Source: an uncultured Acidimicrobiia bacterium (lineage in GTDB: Bacteria > Acidobacteriota > Vicinamibacteria > Vicinamibacterales > UBA2999). Taken from it: DNA of 64,000 nt. The stretch spans positions 563,733 to 627,732 of the forward strand of contig CAWARO010000002.1 in the NCBI GenBank assembly GCA_963784445.1, in the 5' to 3' direction. Positions 28,471 to 38,425 of this stretch are shown piece after piece. The position numbers and the translations under genes are program-made. Every line of letters starts with the position of its first letter. The stretch's first letter is position 1. The notes under the pieces were generated by a model. It did no database searches, was not told where the DNA came from, and saw only the letters and a program-made list of their open reading frames with translations.

Positions 28471-29516
28471 CACACGCTCGTGCGGCTGGCAACCTCGCGC
28501 AGCTTCTCGAGGCGGCCACGCACGGCGGCGGTGAAGTTTTCGACGTCTTCCGCCGTGGCGCCACTGGCGCGGAAGGCCGCTCGGAGTTGCTCGTCGCTCA
28601 GCGCGCCAGCGAGCTTGTAGAACCACCGCACGTCTTCGACCGTGATGTCGTCGGTGATGTCGGTAGTGCGCTGACCCTGGTAGCCCCACTTCACGAGATC
28701 GCCGTCAACCCCGGTTACGAACAACTCGTTTTGTGCCGCATACGCGGCCGCATCCCAGCGCCCGCGCTGCACGATGTTGCTGCCCCACGCTCCTAGCGCG
28801 GCGCCCCAGTCGATGATCAGGTAGCGCGCTTCGCGTACGTGTTTACGCAACCGATATTCGAAGATCGCAGTGTTCGATCCGCGCGCCACGTCGCGCACGT
28901 CCTTGTTGTCCCAGTTCGACACCAGCATGAACAGGATCTTCAGCCCATTGAGCTCGCGCGTCCCCACGAACGGGTTGTCGTTCCAGGCCCAGCTGTGCGC
29001 GTCGAAGTGTTTGACGACGTCGTGTTCGCCGGTCAGCTCGAATCGTGCCTCGCGGAACCGATGGTGTTCGTCGATGCAGTCTTTCGCGCGGCTGAGATCG
29101 TGAGTGCCGCTGATCTCGCCCTCGGCGAGGAAGTGAGTTTGCTCGGCGAAGTATCCCAGCGCCCATGCCAGCCGGGTGCCGAACGTTTCGGTACGGACTT
29201 CGGCGCCCCATTTCACACGCCATTCCTTGCCCTTGCCGTCCCGAACAGACACGGTGGGTTGCGAACCGGTTGCGTGTTCTTCGATGAACTGAAATGGCGG
29301 CTGGGGCGGCTCTCCAGGGCCGGCGCCAAGATCGAGCGCACTGATCTTCCCGGGGTCGCGCCAGATCGCTGCCTGATGCGACCGCAGAGGTGTCTCGCCC
29401 TCCCGCCGCCTCTGCCATTCGGATCGTAATCGCCAGTATCCGAAGACAATCCAAAAGCCGCCGACGAGCGAAACGGCGATCCAGAATAGGATTTGCAGCG
29501 CGTCAGACCAGGACAT
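28470..29516 (-). CDS. Membrane-anchored protein with protein-kinase-like (HipA/PI3-4K/APH-like) signatures
   Basis: The N-terminal TM is ALQILFWIAVSLVGGFWIVFGYW, followed by a basic patch. Further signatures are ATGSQPTVSVRDGKGKEWRVKWG (Gly-rich plus Lys), FMLVSNWDNKDVRD...GSNTAIF (N-x-D...N catalytic-loop-like) and YLIIDWGAALG (DFG-like). The function is inference. Confidence 0.65.
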   Translation of the reverse strand: MSWSDALQILFWIAVSLVGGFWIVFGYWRLRSEWQRRREGETPLRSHQAAIWRDPGKISALDLGAGPGEPPQPPFQFIEEHATGSQPTVSVRDGKGKEWRVKWGAEVRTETFGTRLAWALGYFAEQTHFLAEGEISGTHDLSRAKDCIDEHHRFREARFELTGEHDVVKHFDAHSWAWNDNPFVGTRELNGLKILFMLVSNWDNKDVRDVARGSNTAIFEYRLRKHVREARYLIIDWGAALGAWGSNIVQRGRWDAAAYAAQNELFVTGVDGDLVKWGYQGQRTTDITDDITVEDVRWFYKLAGALSDEQLRAAFRASGATAEDVENFTAAVRGRLEKLREVASRTSV

Positions 29517-29523
29517 CACACCA

Positions 29524-30912
29524 ATGCCTGAGTTTCATTCCGAGCCCTACATTTACCTGCCCGCCGTGAGTCACAAATCGGCCCTCATTGCCTGGGGTGC
29601 CTTCTATTTCCGTACCAACTCGAAGGGGCACTGGAAAATCATCGACGACGACGATTTGAAATATGTGCATCCGCCGCGGAAAGACTCGATTGGGGCGCAG
29701 TCGGCGCCCTACGGGCCCGCGCGCGTTGAAGTCTACGACCGCGCCGGCGCCACGGTGTCGGTCGCCAAGACCGAAACCTGCAACCACTGCTGGGTGGCGG
29801 GCCTGACGCCTGACACCGAATACACCTACAAAGTGTTCGTGAAGGGGGAGGAATGGGCAAGCGGGGAGCGGTGGGACTGGTCCGCTTCCGACAAGGCGCT
29901 CGTGCAGGGTGGGATCTACGACAACCGCTTTCGCACCCACCCCGATGCGGTGCACCCCGCCAACGACCTCGCGTTCGCGGTGATTGGCGACTTCGGCATC
30001 GGCGTGCGGCATCATTCCGCGGATCGCCGCCAACTACAAGTCGCCTATGCCTTACGCCGTATCGTCGACATGGAGGATGTGCGGCTGATCCTCACGACCG
30101 GCGACAACATTTACGCCGGGCGGCGCATTCTCGGCCTCCCGCTGGGCAGTAGCGGCGACGAAGACGACGATTGGTTCTTCACCTATTTCCAGCCGTACCG
30201 CTACATCATCAATCGCATTCCGGTGTATCCGTCGATCGGCAATCACGACGCGGATGAATCCGAGGAGCGCGACGATCGCGCGCAGGTCGAAGACAACTTC
30301 TATCTGCGCGAGCGCATCGCCTCGGAAGAACCGGCGGGCCGCGCCTCGTTCGGACCGGGATTGTTCTATAAATTTCGCTACGGTTCCGACATCGAGTTCG
30401 TCTGCATCGACACGTCCAAGGAAGATTTCTTCCGCGGCAAGCGGCTGTTCGAGTATCCGAAGCATTGGGAATTCGTCGAGCAGTCGTTTCCGGCGAACGC
30501 GCCTCTGCGATGGCGCATCCCGTTCGCGCACCATCCGCTGCTCAGTGCCGGGCCGCAGCATCACAACACGCGCGGCATGGATCGCCTGGTGCCGTTGTTC
30601 GAACGCTCCGGCGTGAAGGTCATGTTTGCCGGTCACGAGCACAATTTCCAGCATTCGCGGACCGACGGTCTCGATCACTTCGTGACCGGCGCGGCGGGAA
30701 AAGTCAGGCGCACCCCTCCCGATCGCTTCATCGAGGCGGCAACGGTGTCGTGGGCCTCGGACTGTCACTTCCTGCTCGCCAAGATCAGCGGCAATCGCAT
30801 GAGCGTGCTGCCAATCGGCGCGCTCGACGATCCATTGGCGACCCCGGTGGAGATCACGCGCTACAGCCCGACGCGCAAGTCGATCACCGGAGCCATTGAA
30901 ATCTCGCTGTAA
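29524..30912 (+). CDS. Calcineurin-like metallophosphoesterase (purple-acid-phosphatase-like)
   Basis: The canonical blocks are present: AVIGDFG, TTGDNIY, SIGNHD, FAHHP, AGHEHNFQH. There is an N-terminal beta-sandwich-like segment and no signal peptide. Confidence 0.85.
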   Translation: MPEFHSEPYIYLPAVSHKSALIAWGAFYFRTNSKGHWKIIDDDDLKYVHPPRKDSIGAQSAPYGPARVEVYDRAGATVSVAKTETCNHCWVAGLTPDTEYTYKVFVKGEEWASGERWDWSASDKALVQGGIYDNRFRTHPDAVHPANDLAFAVIGDFGIGVRHHSADRRQLQVAYALRRIVDMEDVRLILTTGDNIYAGRRILGLPLGSSGDEDDDWFFTYFQPYRYIINRIPVYPSIGNHDADESEERDDRAQVEDNFYLRERIASEEPAGRASFGPGLFYKFRYGSDIEFVCIDTSKEDFFRGKRLFEYPKHWEFVEQSFPANAPLRWRIPFAHHPLLSAGPQHHNTRGMDRLVPLFERSGVKVMFAGHEHNFQHSRTDGLDHFVTGAAGKVRRTPPDRFIEAATVSWASDCHFLLAKISGNRMSVLPIGALDDPLATPVEITRYSPTRKSITGAIEISL

Positions 30913-30935
30913 ACTGACGGGGCTTGAGGCTTGGG

Positions 30936-31913
30936 ATGACACGTTTACTGTGCTCAGTGTGCGTAATCGTCGGGCTGTGCTCGATCGCAATGGTGCGCGC
31001 GCAATCGGCGTCGCCACCACCGTGGGCGTATACCGTGAACCCGCCGCCGGCGCCCGGCGCCAAGCCCGCGCCCGCGGTCGCGAACCCGGCACCGCGGACC
31101 ATTCCGGGCAGCAGCGTCTCGCTCACCCCCGCGCAAACGCGTGACGCTTTCAATCCGCCGGATTGGCATCCGGACGCGCATCCGGCCATGCCGGCGTCGG
31201 TTGCGCACGGCCGCCGCCCTGAGATGCGCGCCTGCGGCTTCTGTCACCTCGTAAACGGGCAGGGCAGGCCGGAGAACGCATCGCTCGCGGGACTGCCCGC
31301 CGCGTACATCATTCAGCAGATGGCGGACTTCAAGAGCGGCGATCGCAAGAGCGCCGAACCGCGGATGGGTCCGCCCAACGCGATGATCCAGGACGCGAAG
31401 GCGGCGACTGATGAAGAGATCACGTCGGCCGCGGCGTACTTCAGCTCGTTCCCGTACAAGAAATGGATTCGCGTCGTCGAATCGAACGAGGTGCCGAAGA
31501 CGCGCGTGGCCGGCTCGATGCACGTGCCCACCAACGACGGCACCGAGCCGCTCGGCCGGCGGATCATCGAGATGCCGGAAGATCTTTCCCGCACCGAGCT
31601 GCGCGACGGGTCATCCGGTTTTGTGGCGTACGTGCCGGCTGGCAGCATCGCGAAAGGCGAGGCGCTGGTGAAGACCGGTGGCAGCGGAACAACCATCGCG
31701 TGCGGTACGTGCCACGGCGCTGATCTGAAAGGCCTCGGTCCCGTGCCGCCGCTGGCGGGACGATCGCCAAGCTACACGGTGCGCCAGATGTTCGACATGC
31801 AGCAGGGCATGCGTAAGGGGCCGTGGTCTGCCCTGATGAAAGCCGCCGTCGAAAAGCTGACCATCGACGACATGATCGCGATTGCGGCCTACACGGCATC
31901 CCGTGAACCCTGA
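30936..31913 (+). CDS. Diheme c-type cytochrome
   Basis: ATG 30936 gives the signal peptide MTRLLCSVCVIVGLCSIAMVRAQS. Two heme motifs are present, CGFCH and CGTCH. Confidence 0.8.
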   Translation: MTRLLCSVCVIVGLCSIAMVRAQSASPPPWAYTVNPPPAPGAKPAPAVANPAPRTIPGSSVSLTPAQTRDAFNPPDWHPDAHPAMPASVAHGRRPEMRACGFCHLVNGQGRPENASLAGLPAAYIIQQMADFKSGDRKSAEPRMGPPNAMIQDAKAATDEEITSAAAYFSSFPYKKWIRVVESNEVPKTRVAGSMHVPTNDGTEPLGRRIIEMPEDLSRTELRDGSSGFVAYVPAGSIAKGEALVKTGGSGTTIACGTCHGADLKGLGPVPPLAGRSPSYTVRQMFDMQQGMRKGPWSALMKAAVEKLTIDDMIAIAAYTASREP

Positions 31914-32547
31914 GTCCGGCCCTCGCAAACGCCTGCATCCGGCGATCAAGGCGGTGGCCGCGCTTGCGGTGCTGGCGGCGGTTGGTTATCTGTTCGTGCG
32001 CAGTGTCAGCGACGTACGCGCGGAGCCGTATGAGATTGCGTCTGGCCACTTGTCGGGTTGGACACTCGCGGCCGACACGGCTCAGGACGCCGAAGATGCG
32101 GCGCTCTCGCTACGACCGCCGGTCGAACTGACGATGAACCTCTTTCGGCAGCTGTTCAGGCGGCAGATGGAATCCCTGTCAACGCCGACCGCACCAGGCA
32201 TCGTGCTGGCAATGCGGCGTGAGCTCGCTCCGGGCGTCACTTCCACTCAACTGCTCACGCTCGCGCGTGACATGGGCCTCGATCGCGTGCGGGTATCACC
32301 ACGGTGCGTCGGCTACCGTCGGGCATCCGCCGTTGGCGTGACCCGGCAGCTTTACTTCGTGTGGTTCTCGATTCCGGAGTACGACGCGTTCCGCCGTCAA
32401 CTGGCGCCACATGCGACGGGCACCTACCGCCCGGACGCGCTGTCGCCGGTGATGTTGACGGCCGCCGAGCCCGGCTTCGATGGATGGCAGCCCATCGTCG
32501 TTGACGAAGCGCGCGACTGCGTCTCGCCGATCACAGTGCGCGAGTAG
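31903..32547 (+). CDS. Hypothetical membrane-anchored protein
   Basis: GTG 31903 overlaps the cytochrome stop. There is one TM (AIKAVAALAVLAAVGYLFV). No motif was recognised. Confidence 0.5.
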   Translation: MNPESGPRKRLHPAIKAVAALAVLAAVGYLFVRSVSDVRAEPYEIASGHLSGWTLAADTAQDAEDAALSLRPPVELTMNLFRQLFRRQMESLSTPTAPGIVLAMRRELAPGVTSTQLLTLARDMGLDRVRVSPRCVGYRRASAVGVTRQLYFVWFSIPEYDAFRRQLAPHATGTYRPDALSPVMLTAAEPGFDGWQPIVVDEARDCVSPITVRE

Positions 32548-32609
32548 TCGCGTAATTACACGCTTCGTCGTGCAGTGATTGGCGCCCCGCTGAGCTAGAC
32601 TGTGGGCCA

Positions 32610-35600
32610 ATGGAAGGGGCTGTCGCGCTCGTACTGGCGCTCCTCTCGATTCCGTTTATCTTGCCGCTCGTATCGTTTTTGATCGCGCGCAAGCTTCGCG
32701 CGCGTGTCGACGATCTCGAAGCCCGCATCGCCCTGCAAGACGATCAGATTTTCAAGCTCTCGAATCAACTCCACAAGCTGAAACAGGAAGGCGTCGCGCC
32801 CACGCCTTCCACCTCCGCTCGCGAACCATCCCGCGAGCTACGGCGAGACCCGGTGCCGCCGGTGAAAGTTTCGGAACCAGCGCCACCGCCGGTTGTGAAA
32901 CCAGTTGAGCCTCTTCGCCACCGCCACCGCCACCAGTAGTGAAGCCGGCGAGTGTTGTGCCACCTGAAATACCTAAAGCACCCGAGCCACCAAAAGCACC
33001 TTTCGCACCTCAGGCACCTCCGGCACCTCAGGCACCCCAGGCACCTGGAATTCCGCCACCACCACCGCCGCGCCAGCCGATGTTCGAGGAACCACTGCCG
33101 CCGCCGCCCGCATGGAGTTTCGATCTCGAGCAATTCGTCGGCGTGCGCCTGTTCTCGGCGGTCGCGGGCATTGCGCTCGTCTTCGCCGGGGTTTTCTTTC
33201 TCCGTTATTCAATCGATCAAGGCTGGCTGCAACCGCAAGTGCGCGTCGTCATTGGCACCCTCGTGTCGATCGCGTTGCTGGTGGTGTGCGATCGCAAGGC
33301 GGCGCGCAGGTACGCGCTGCTCGCGAACGCGATGGACGCTGCCGCCATCGCGATCCTCTTCACGACATTTTTTGCCGCGCATTCCCTCTGGAACCTGATC
33401 TCCGGAACCCAGGCTTTCGGACTGCTCGCGCTCGTGACCTTGACCGCGGTCATGCTCTCGATTCGGCACGAGTCGCTGTTCATCGCGGTGCTCGGACTGC
33501 TCGGCGGATTTGCCACGCCGATCCTCCTCTCCACCGGCGAGAACCGCCCGATTTCGCTGTTTTCCTACTTACTGCTCCTCAACATCGGGCTGGCATGGGT
33601 CGGCTATCGCAATCGCTGGTCGAGCCTCAGCATTCTGACTCTCGTCTTCACCACCATCTATCAATGGGGTTGGGTGGCGCGGTTTCTCGACGCCGCGCAG
33701 GTGCCGCTGGCGATCGCGATCTTCACGGTGTTCCCGGTGGTCGGGTATGGCGTGATGATGGTCGCGCGCTCACGCGCCCGTGATGATGCCGATGACGGCG
33801 CTGATGGCCGGTTCGAGTGGACGATGCTGGCGGCGTCGGTACTGCCGGCGGCATTCGCCTTGTATCTCGCCGCCTCGTCGGCGTATCGCGATCACTATGC
33901 GCTGTTGTTCGGGTGGATCTTCCTGATCGATGCGGCGATGCTCGCGATCGCGGTCGCGCGTGGTTACGAGGTGTTGCATGCGTTCAGCGCCGTGACCACC
34001 GTCCTTGCGGTCGTGATCTGGATCGCGACGGCGTACCTGCCTGGCGCGGTGTGGCCGGTGATTGCTTTCGTGGCGTTGTTCGTCGTGTTCTACCTTGCCG
34101 CACCGGCGATTGCGGCGCGGTTTGGCGATCCGTTCGAAGATCTTGGCCAGCACGCGGTGCTGGCGTCGCCCTTGCTCCTGGCCGCGTTTCCGCTGCTAGT
34201 GGCTCGCGAGCCTCGCGCCGAATCTCCGGCCGTGCTGTTCCCGGCGCTCTTCGCGCTCGTGATCCCGATCGTGTGGCGATCGTTCACGGAGCCAACGGGC
34301 CGGCTGTATTTCATCGCCGCCTTCTTCGCGCTCGCCACCGAAGCGGCGTGGTCGTCGCAATACCTGACCCAGGCCACGCTGAGACCGGCGTTGATCACGT
34401 TTGCGGCGTTCGCGTTGTTGTATCTCGGCGTTCCGCAGATTGCCCGGCGGCGTGGCGCGCCACTGCAGCCGGCCGGCGGGCCCGGGATCGTGCTGCTGCT
34501 CGGGTTGCTCCTCTTGGGTTACTTCGCCGACGCCAGAGTGGCCGCGGCCGGATTGTGGGGGCTCGCGCTGCTCCTCGCGATTCTGAATGCGGCGCTCTTC
34601 ATCGAGAGCGCCAGCGCGTCGCTGCCGATACTCGCGCTCGCCGGCAGCCTGATTTCATGGATCGTGCTGCTGGCGTGGTGGTCCGAAGCGGCGGCCGCCG
34701 TCGGGTTGTTATCGTCGCTGCTCGTCGTCGTGGGGTTGTCGCTGGTCATGGTGGGCGGATACATCTGGGGCCTTCGTTATGCGGCACCAGCCCGCCCGGA
34801 CGAGCCCCAGGTGATGGGCGCGCCGATCGGGTCGCACGGGTTGTGGCTGGCGCTGCTCGGACACCTGTTCCTGTTCGCGGTGGCGGCCAACTTCGACTGG
34901 GCGGTGCCACCATGGCCGCTCTTCGGCGCGCTGGCCGTGGTGACACTCGCGTTCAGTACTGCCGCGCTCGCGGCGAGGAATGCGCCCATTCACTTCGCCT
35001 CGGTGGCGATGACGGCCGTGATCCTGGTGACGTGGCGTGGCGTGACGCAGCAAGCGGGCTACGCGGAAACGGCGATTGCAGCGTTCGGTGTGCTGACCGT
35101 GTTTGCCCTCGCATGGATCGCGGTGATGAAACGCTTCGCCATGATCGCGGCGCTGGCGGCGGTCACGGTGATCGTCATCTCCGAGATCAATCTCACGGTG
35201 ATGATGCTGTTGCCCTCGCCTGCGTCGCTGCCGATCGCCTTGAGCGCGCACGTGATCGGGTTCGTCATCCTGCTGACCATGGTGACCCGTTACGGCTGGC
35301 CGAATGCCGCGTCGGCGGTGGCGCTGCTCGGCGGCATGGCCGCCGCGTCGATCCTGCTGCCTGCGTCACCGGCGGGCCGCGACGTGCTGATCCACGCCGG
35401 CGTCATCTATCTGCCGTTTGCGCTCTATCCGCTCGTTCTTGGATCGCGTGCGCGTGACAATCGCGATCCGTACGTGGCGGCGCTCATCGCCGGTGCGTGG
35501 GTCTTCCTGATCGCGCGGCGAGGCATGGCGCTCGCCGATCTCGATTGGATGGTCGGCATCGTGCCGGTGCTGATCGGCGCCATCACCACGCTGCATCTCA

Positions 35601-36373
35601 GCCAGTTGCTGCGCATCCAGCCGAAGGGCCAGCGCGATCTCGGACGGCTTGCGCTGGTGGCGGGCGCCGCGCTCGCGTTCCTGACGGTGGCGATTCCGTT
35701 ACAGCTGCGGCAGCAGTGGATCACGATTGGGTGGGCCCTCGAAGGCGCCGCGGTTGCGTGGCTCTACACCCGCATTCCGCATCGCGGTTTATTGCTCGCC
35801 TCGGTTGGCTTGCTCGGCACCGTCTTCGTGCGCCTCGCGCTCAATCCGTCGGTGTTCGTCTACGAACCGCGCGGCGAGATGCGCATCATCAACTGGTATC
35901 TCTACACCTACGTGGTCGCCGCGCTCGCGATGGGTGTGGCGGCGTGGTTCCTCTCGAAGACCGACGATCAGCTCCCGGGCATGCCGCGGCCGCGGCACTT
36001 GCTGCCAGCCGCTGCGGGTATCCTGTTGTTCCTGCTCCTGAACATCGAGATCGCCGACTACTATTCGACCGGCCCCGAGATCCTGTTTCGCTTTGGATCG
36101 AGCATCCAGCAGGACCTGACCTATACGATCGCGTGGCTGATCTTTGGCATCATCACGCTGGCGGTCGGCATCATTTGGAAAGTACGGCCGGCGCGCGTGA
36201 CCGCCGTGGCGCTGATCGCCGTGACCGCGTTCAAGTGTTTCCTCTACGACCTCGGTTCGCTCGGCGGGTTGTATCGCGTCGGCGCATTCGTCGGGTTGGC
36301 GGTGTCGCTCGCGCTCGTGTCCCTGGCGTTACAGAAATACGTGCTGGCGCCCGAAAAGGAGGCCGCACTATGA
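32610..36373 (+). CDS. DUF2339-like giant polytopic membrane protein, frame broken near 32905-32915
   Basis: The N-terminal TM is followed by a coiled coil (ARVDDLEARIALQDDQIFKLSNQLHKLKQ), a Pro-rich linker and then more than 25 TM helices. The first ORF stops at 32939 inside the Pro-rich linker. The next frame is open from 32909 (ASSPPPPPPPVVKPASVVPPEIPK...). Confidence 0.8.
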
Positions 36374-38419
36374 CACGCCGTTTCTTGACGCTGATCGCGG
36401 TGACGGCCACCACCGCTTCGTTGTTGGCGCAGGGGACGGCCGGACGGTTTCAGCGTGAGCGCAACGCCGAGGTGACCACGCCTGGCCAGCAGCGGCTGGA
36501 CGTCGACGTGGCATTGCTGCAGGGATCGCAGCCATTCACGGTGATCAGTCCGGGCGAGCGCTTCATCGCTGCCGGTGGCCTGAACGACCTGCGCTTGTTC
36601 TCCGCAAACGGCCCGGAGATCCCGTATCTACTGGTCCCGCCATCACCCGATGTGCCCCAGTTTGTCTCGGGCCGCGTGTTGCCGATCACGGCCACGGACA
36701 CGCCGAATGTGAAGGCGAGCGGTTTCGAAGTGGATTTCGAAACCGTCGGAGTCATCGACGCGATCGATCTCGGCCGGGTACGAGCACCATTCCTCAAACG
36801 TTTCAGGCTTGAAGGGAGCGGCGACCGCTCGCGCTGGACGCAGCTCATTGCCGAAGGTACGGCCTTCAGCCTTCCTGCGGAACAACTGGCGCTCACGCGG
36901 ATCGAGTTCGAGCCGGGTGAGTTCCGGTTTGTCCGCGTCACTTGGGACGACACGAACAGCGCGCGTGTGGCCCCGCCGGATGTGGTGACCGCGAGACGTG
37001 TGACGCTATCGTCTTCGGGACCGATCCTCCGGGCGCCGATCACGGTCGCACAACGGCCAAGCGAGCCAGGTCGCAGCCGATTTCGGCTGACATTGCCCGC
37101 CGCGCGGCTGCCGATCGTCGCGCTTGAATTGACGGTGGGCGGCGGCCATTTGTCGAGAACGGCCACGGTGCTCGAGGCCTCGCTGGTTGGCGAGCAGGCG
37201 CAGCCGCAGATCATCGGCAACGCGCAGCTGGTCCGCGTGATCCAGGACGGCATCAATGCGGACGCGCTGCGCATCCCGATTCGGCAGCCGCGCGAGCCGC
37301 AGCTCGACTTGGTGGTGGACAACGGCGACAATCCACCGCTTCTGCTGGAAGGTGTGACGGCGGTGTTCGCGGAACTGCCGTGGATCTATTTCGAGGCCGC
37401 GCCGGGCACCGTGGTGGCGCGCTTCGGCGATCCGAAACTGGCGGCGCCGCGATACGACCTCGAAGCGGTTCGCGACACGATTCCAACGACGCCCGCGAAG
37501 GCGACGTGGCGTGCCGAACCGCCGCGGACCCTGGCTCCCGAATCCGAAGGTCTGCCGATGCCCGATGTCGGCGGCCCGTTGACCACTGATGGTTTCGAGT
37601 ACACGCGGGAAATTCCCGCGGGCCCCGCGGGATTGATCACCATTCCGCTCGATGCGGCAGTGATGGCGCACAGTGGTATCAGCTCGCGCCGCCTGACCGA
37701 TCTGCGCGTAGTCGATCGCAGCAGCCTGCAGGTGCCGTATCTGCTCGAGAAACGCGACGAACCGCTGATCGTCGATACGACGATGGAGCGGCGTGATCTG
37801 CCGTCGACGGTTCAGGCGCCTGGCGGCCGCATCACGTCGTACGCGGTGCGATTGCCCTATCAGGCGTTACCGGAGGCCAGGCTGGTGCTCAGCACACAGG
37901 CGCGGGTGTTCAAGCGCTCGGTGACCCTCAGTAGCGTTGCGCCTGCGGCCGAGCGCCGCCCGGCGCGGTTGGTCACGCACGGCAACGTCACCTGGGTCCA
38001 TGCGGACGAGGCGATGGCCGCACCCACGGTCACGTTTCCGCTGCCTGAGTCGATCGAGGGTGATTTGTTCCTGATCGTCGAAGAGGGCGACAACCAGCCG
38101 TTGCCGATCGAGAAAGCAACGATCCTCCTGCCCTCGGTACGCAATGCGACTATTCCGGCGCCCCGATCTGCCGCTGCGCTTGATCTACGGCAAGGACCGT
38201 GTGCCGGCGCCGCGCTACGACCTGCAATTGCTTGCCCCGCAATTGATGGGACGCCTCGCGGAGGAAGTGGTGCCTGGTCCGGAACAACGCTTCGGGGAAT
38301 CCGCCTCGACGAGTGATGTCGAGATGGTGCAGCCGGTGGTGTTCTGGTCGGTGCTGGCGCTCGCCGTGCTCGTGCTGCTCGGCCTCGTGGTGCGGCTGAT
38401 GCGGCGCGAAGCGGTGTAG
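36370..38419 (+). CDS. DUF3999-like secreted protein, frame broken near 38135-38150
   Basis: ATG 36370 overlaps the DUF2339 stop (ATGA). The signal peptide is MTRRFLTLIAVTATTASLLAQG. After ...ATILLPSV the protein continues in another frame as RLFRRPDLPLRLIYGKDRVPAPRYDL... and ends with a TM (VFWSVLALAVLVLLGLVV). DUF2339/DUF3999 adjacency is a known pairing. Confidence 0.7.
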
Positions 38420-38425
38420 CGCCGC

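Noticed and set aside
35497-36369. The first ~290 codons of the 939-aa ORF 35497-38316
   Set aside because: They are an out-of-frame overlap with the DUF2339 gene and are Arg/Ala/Gly-rich. The real gene starts at ATG 36370 with a signal peptide.
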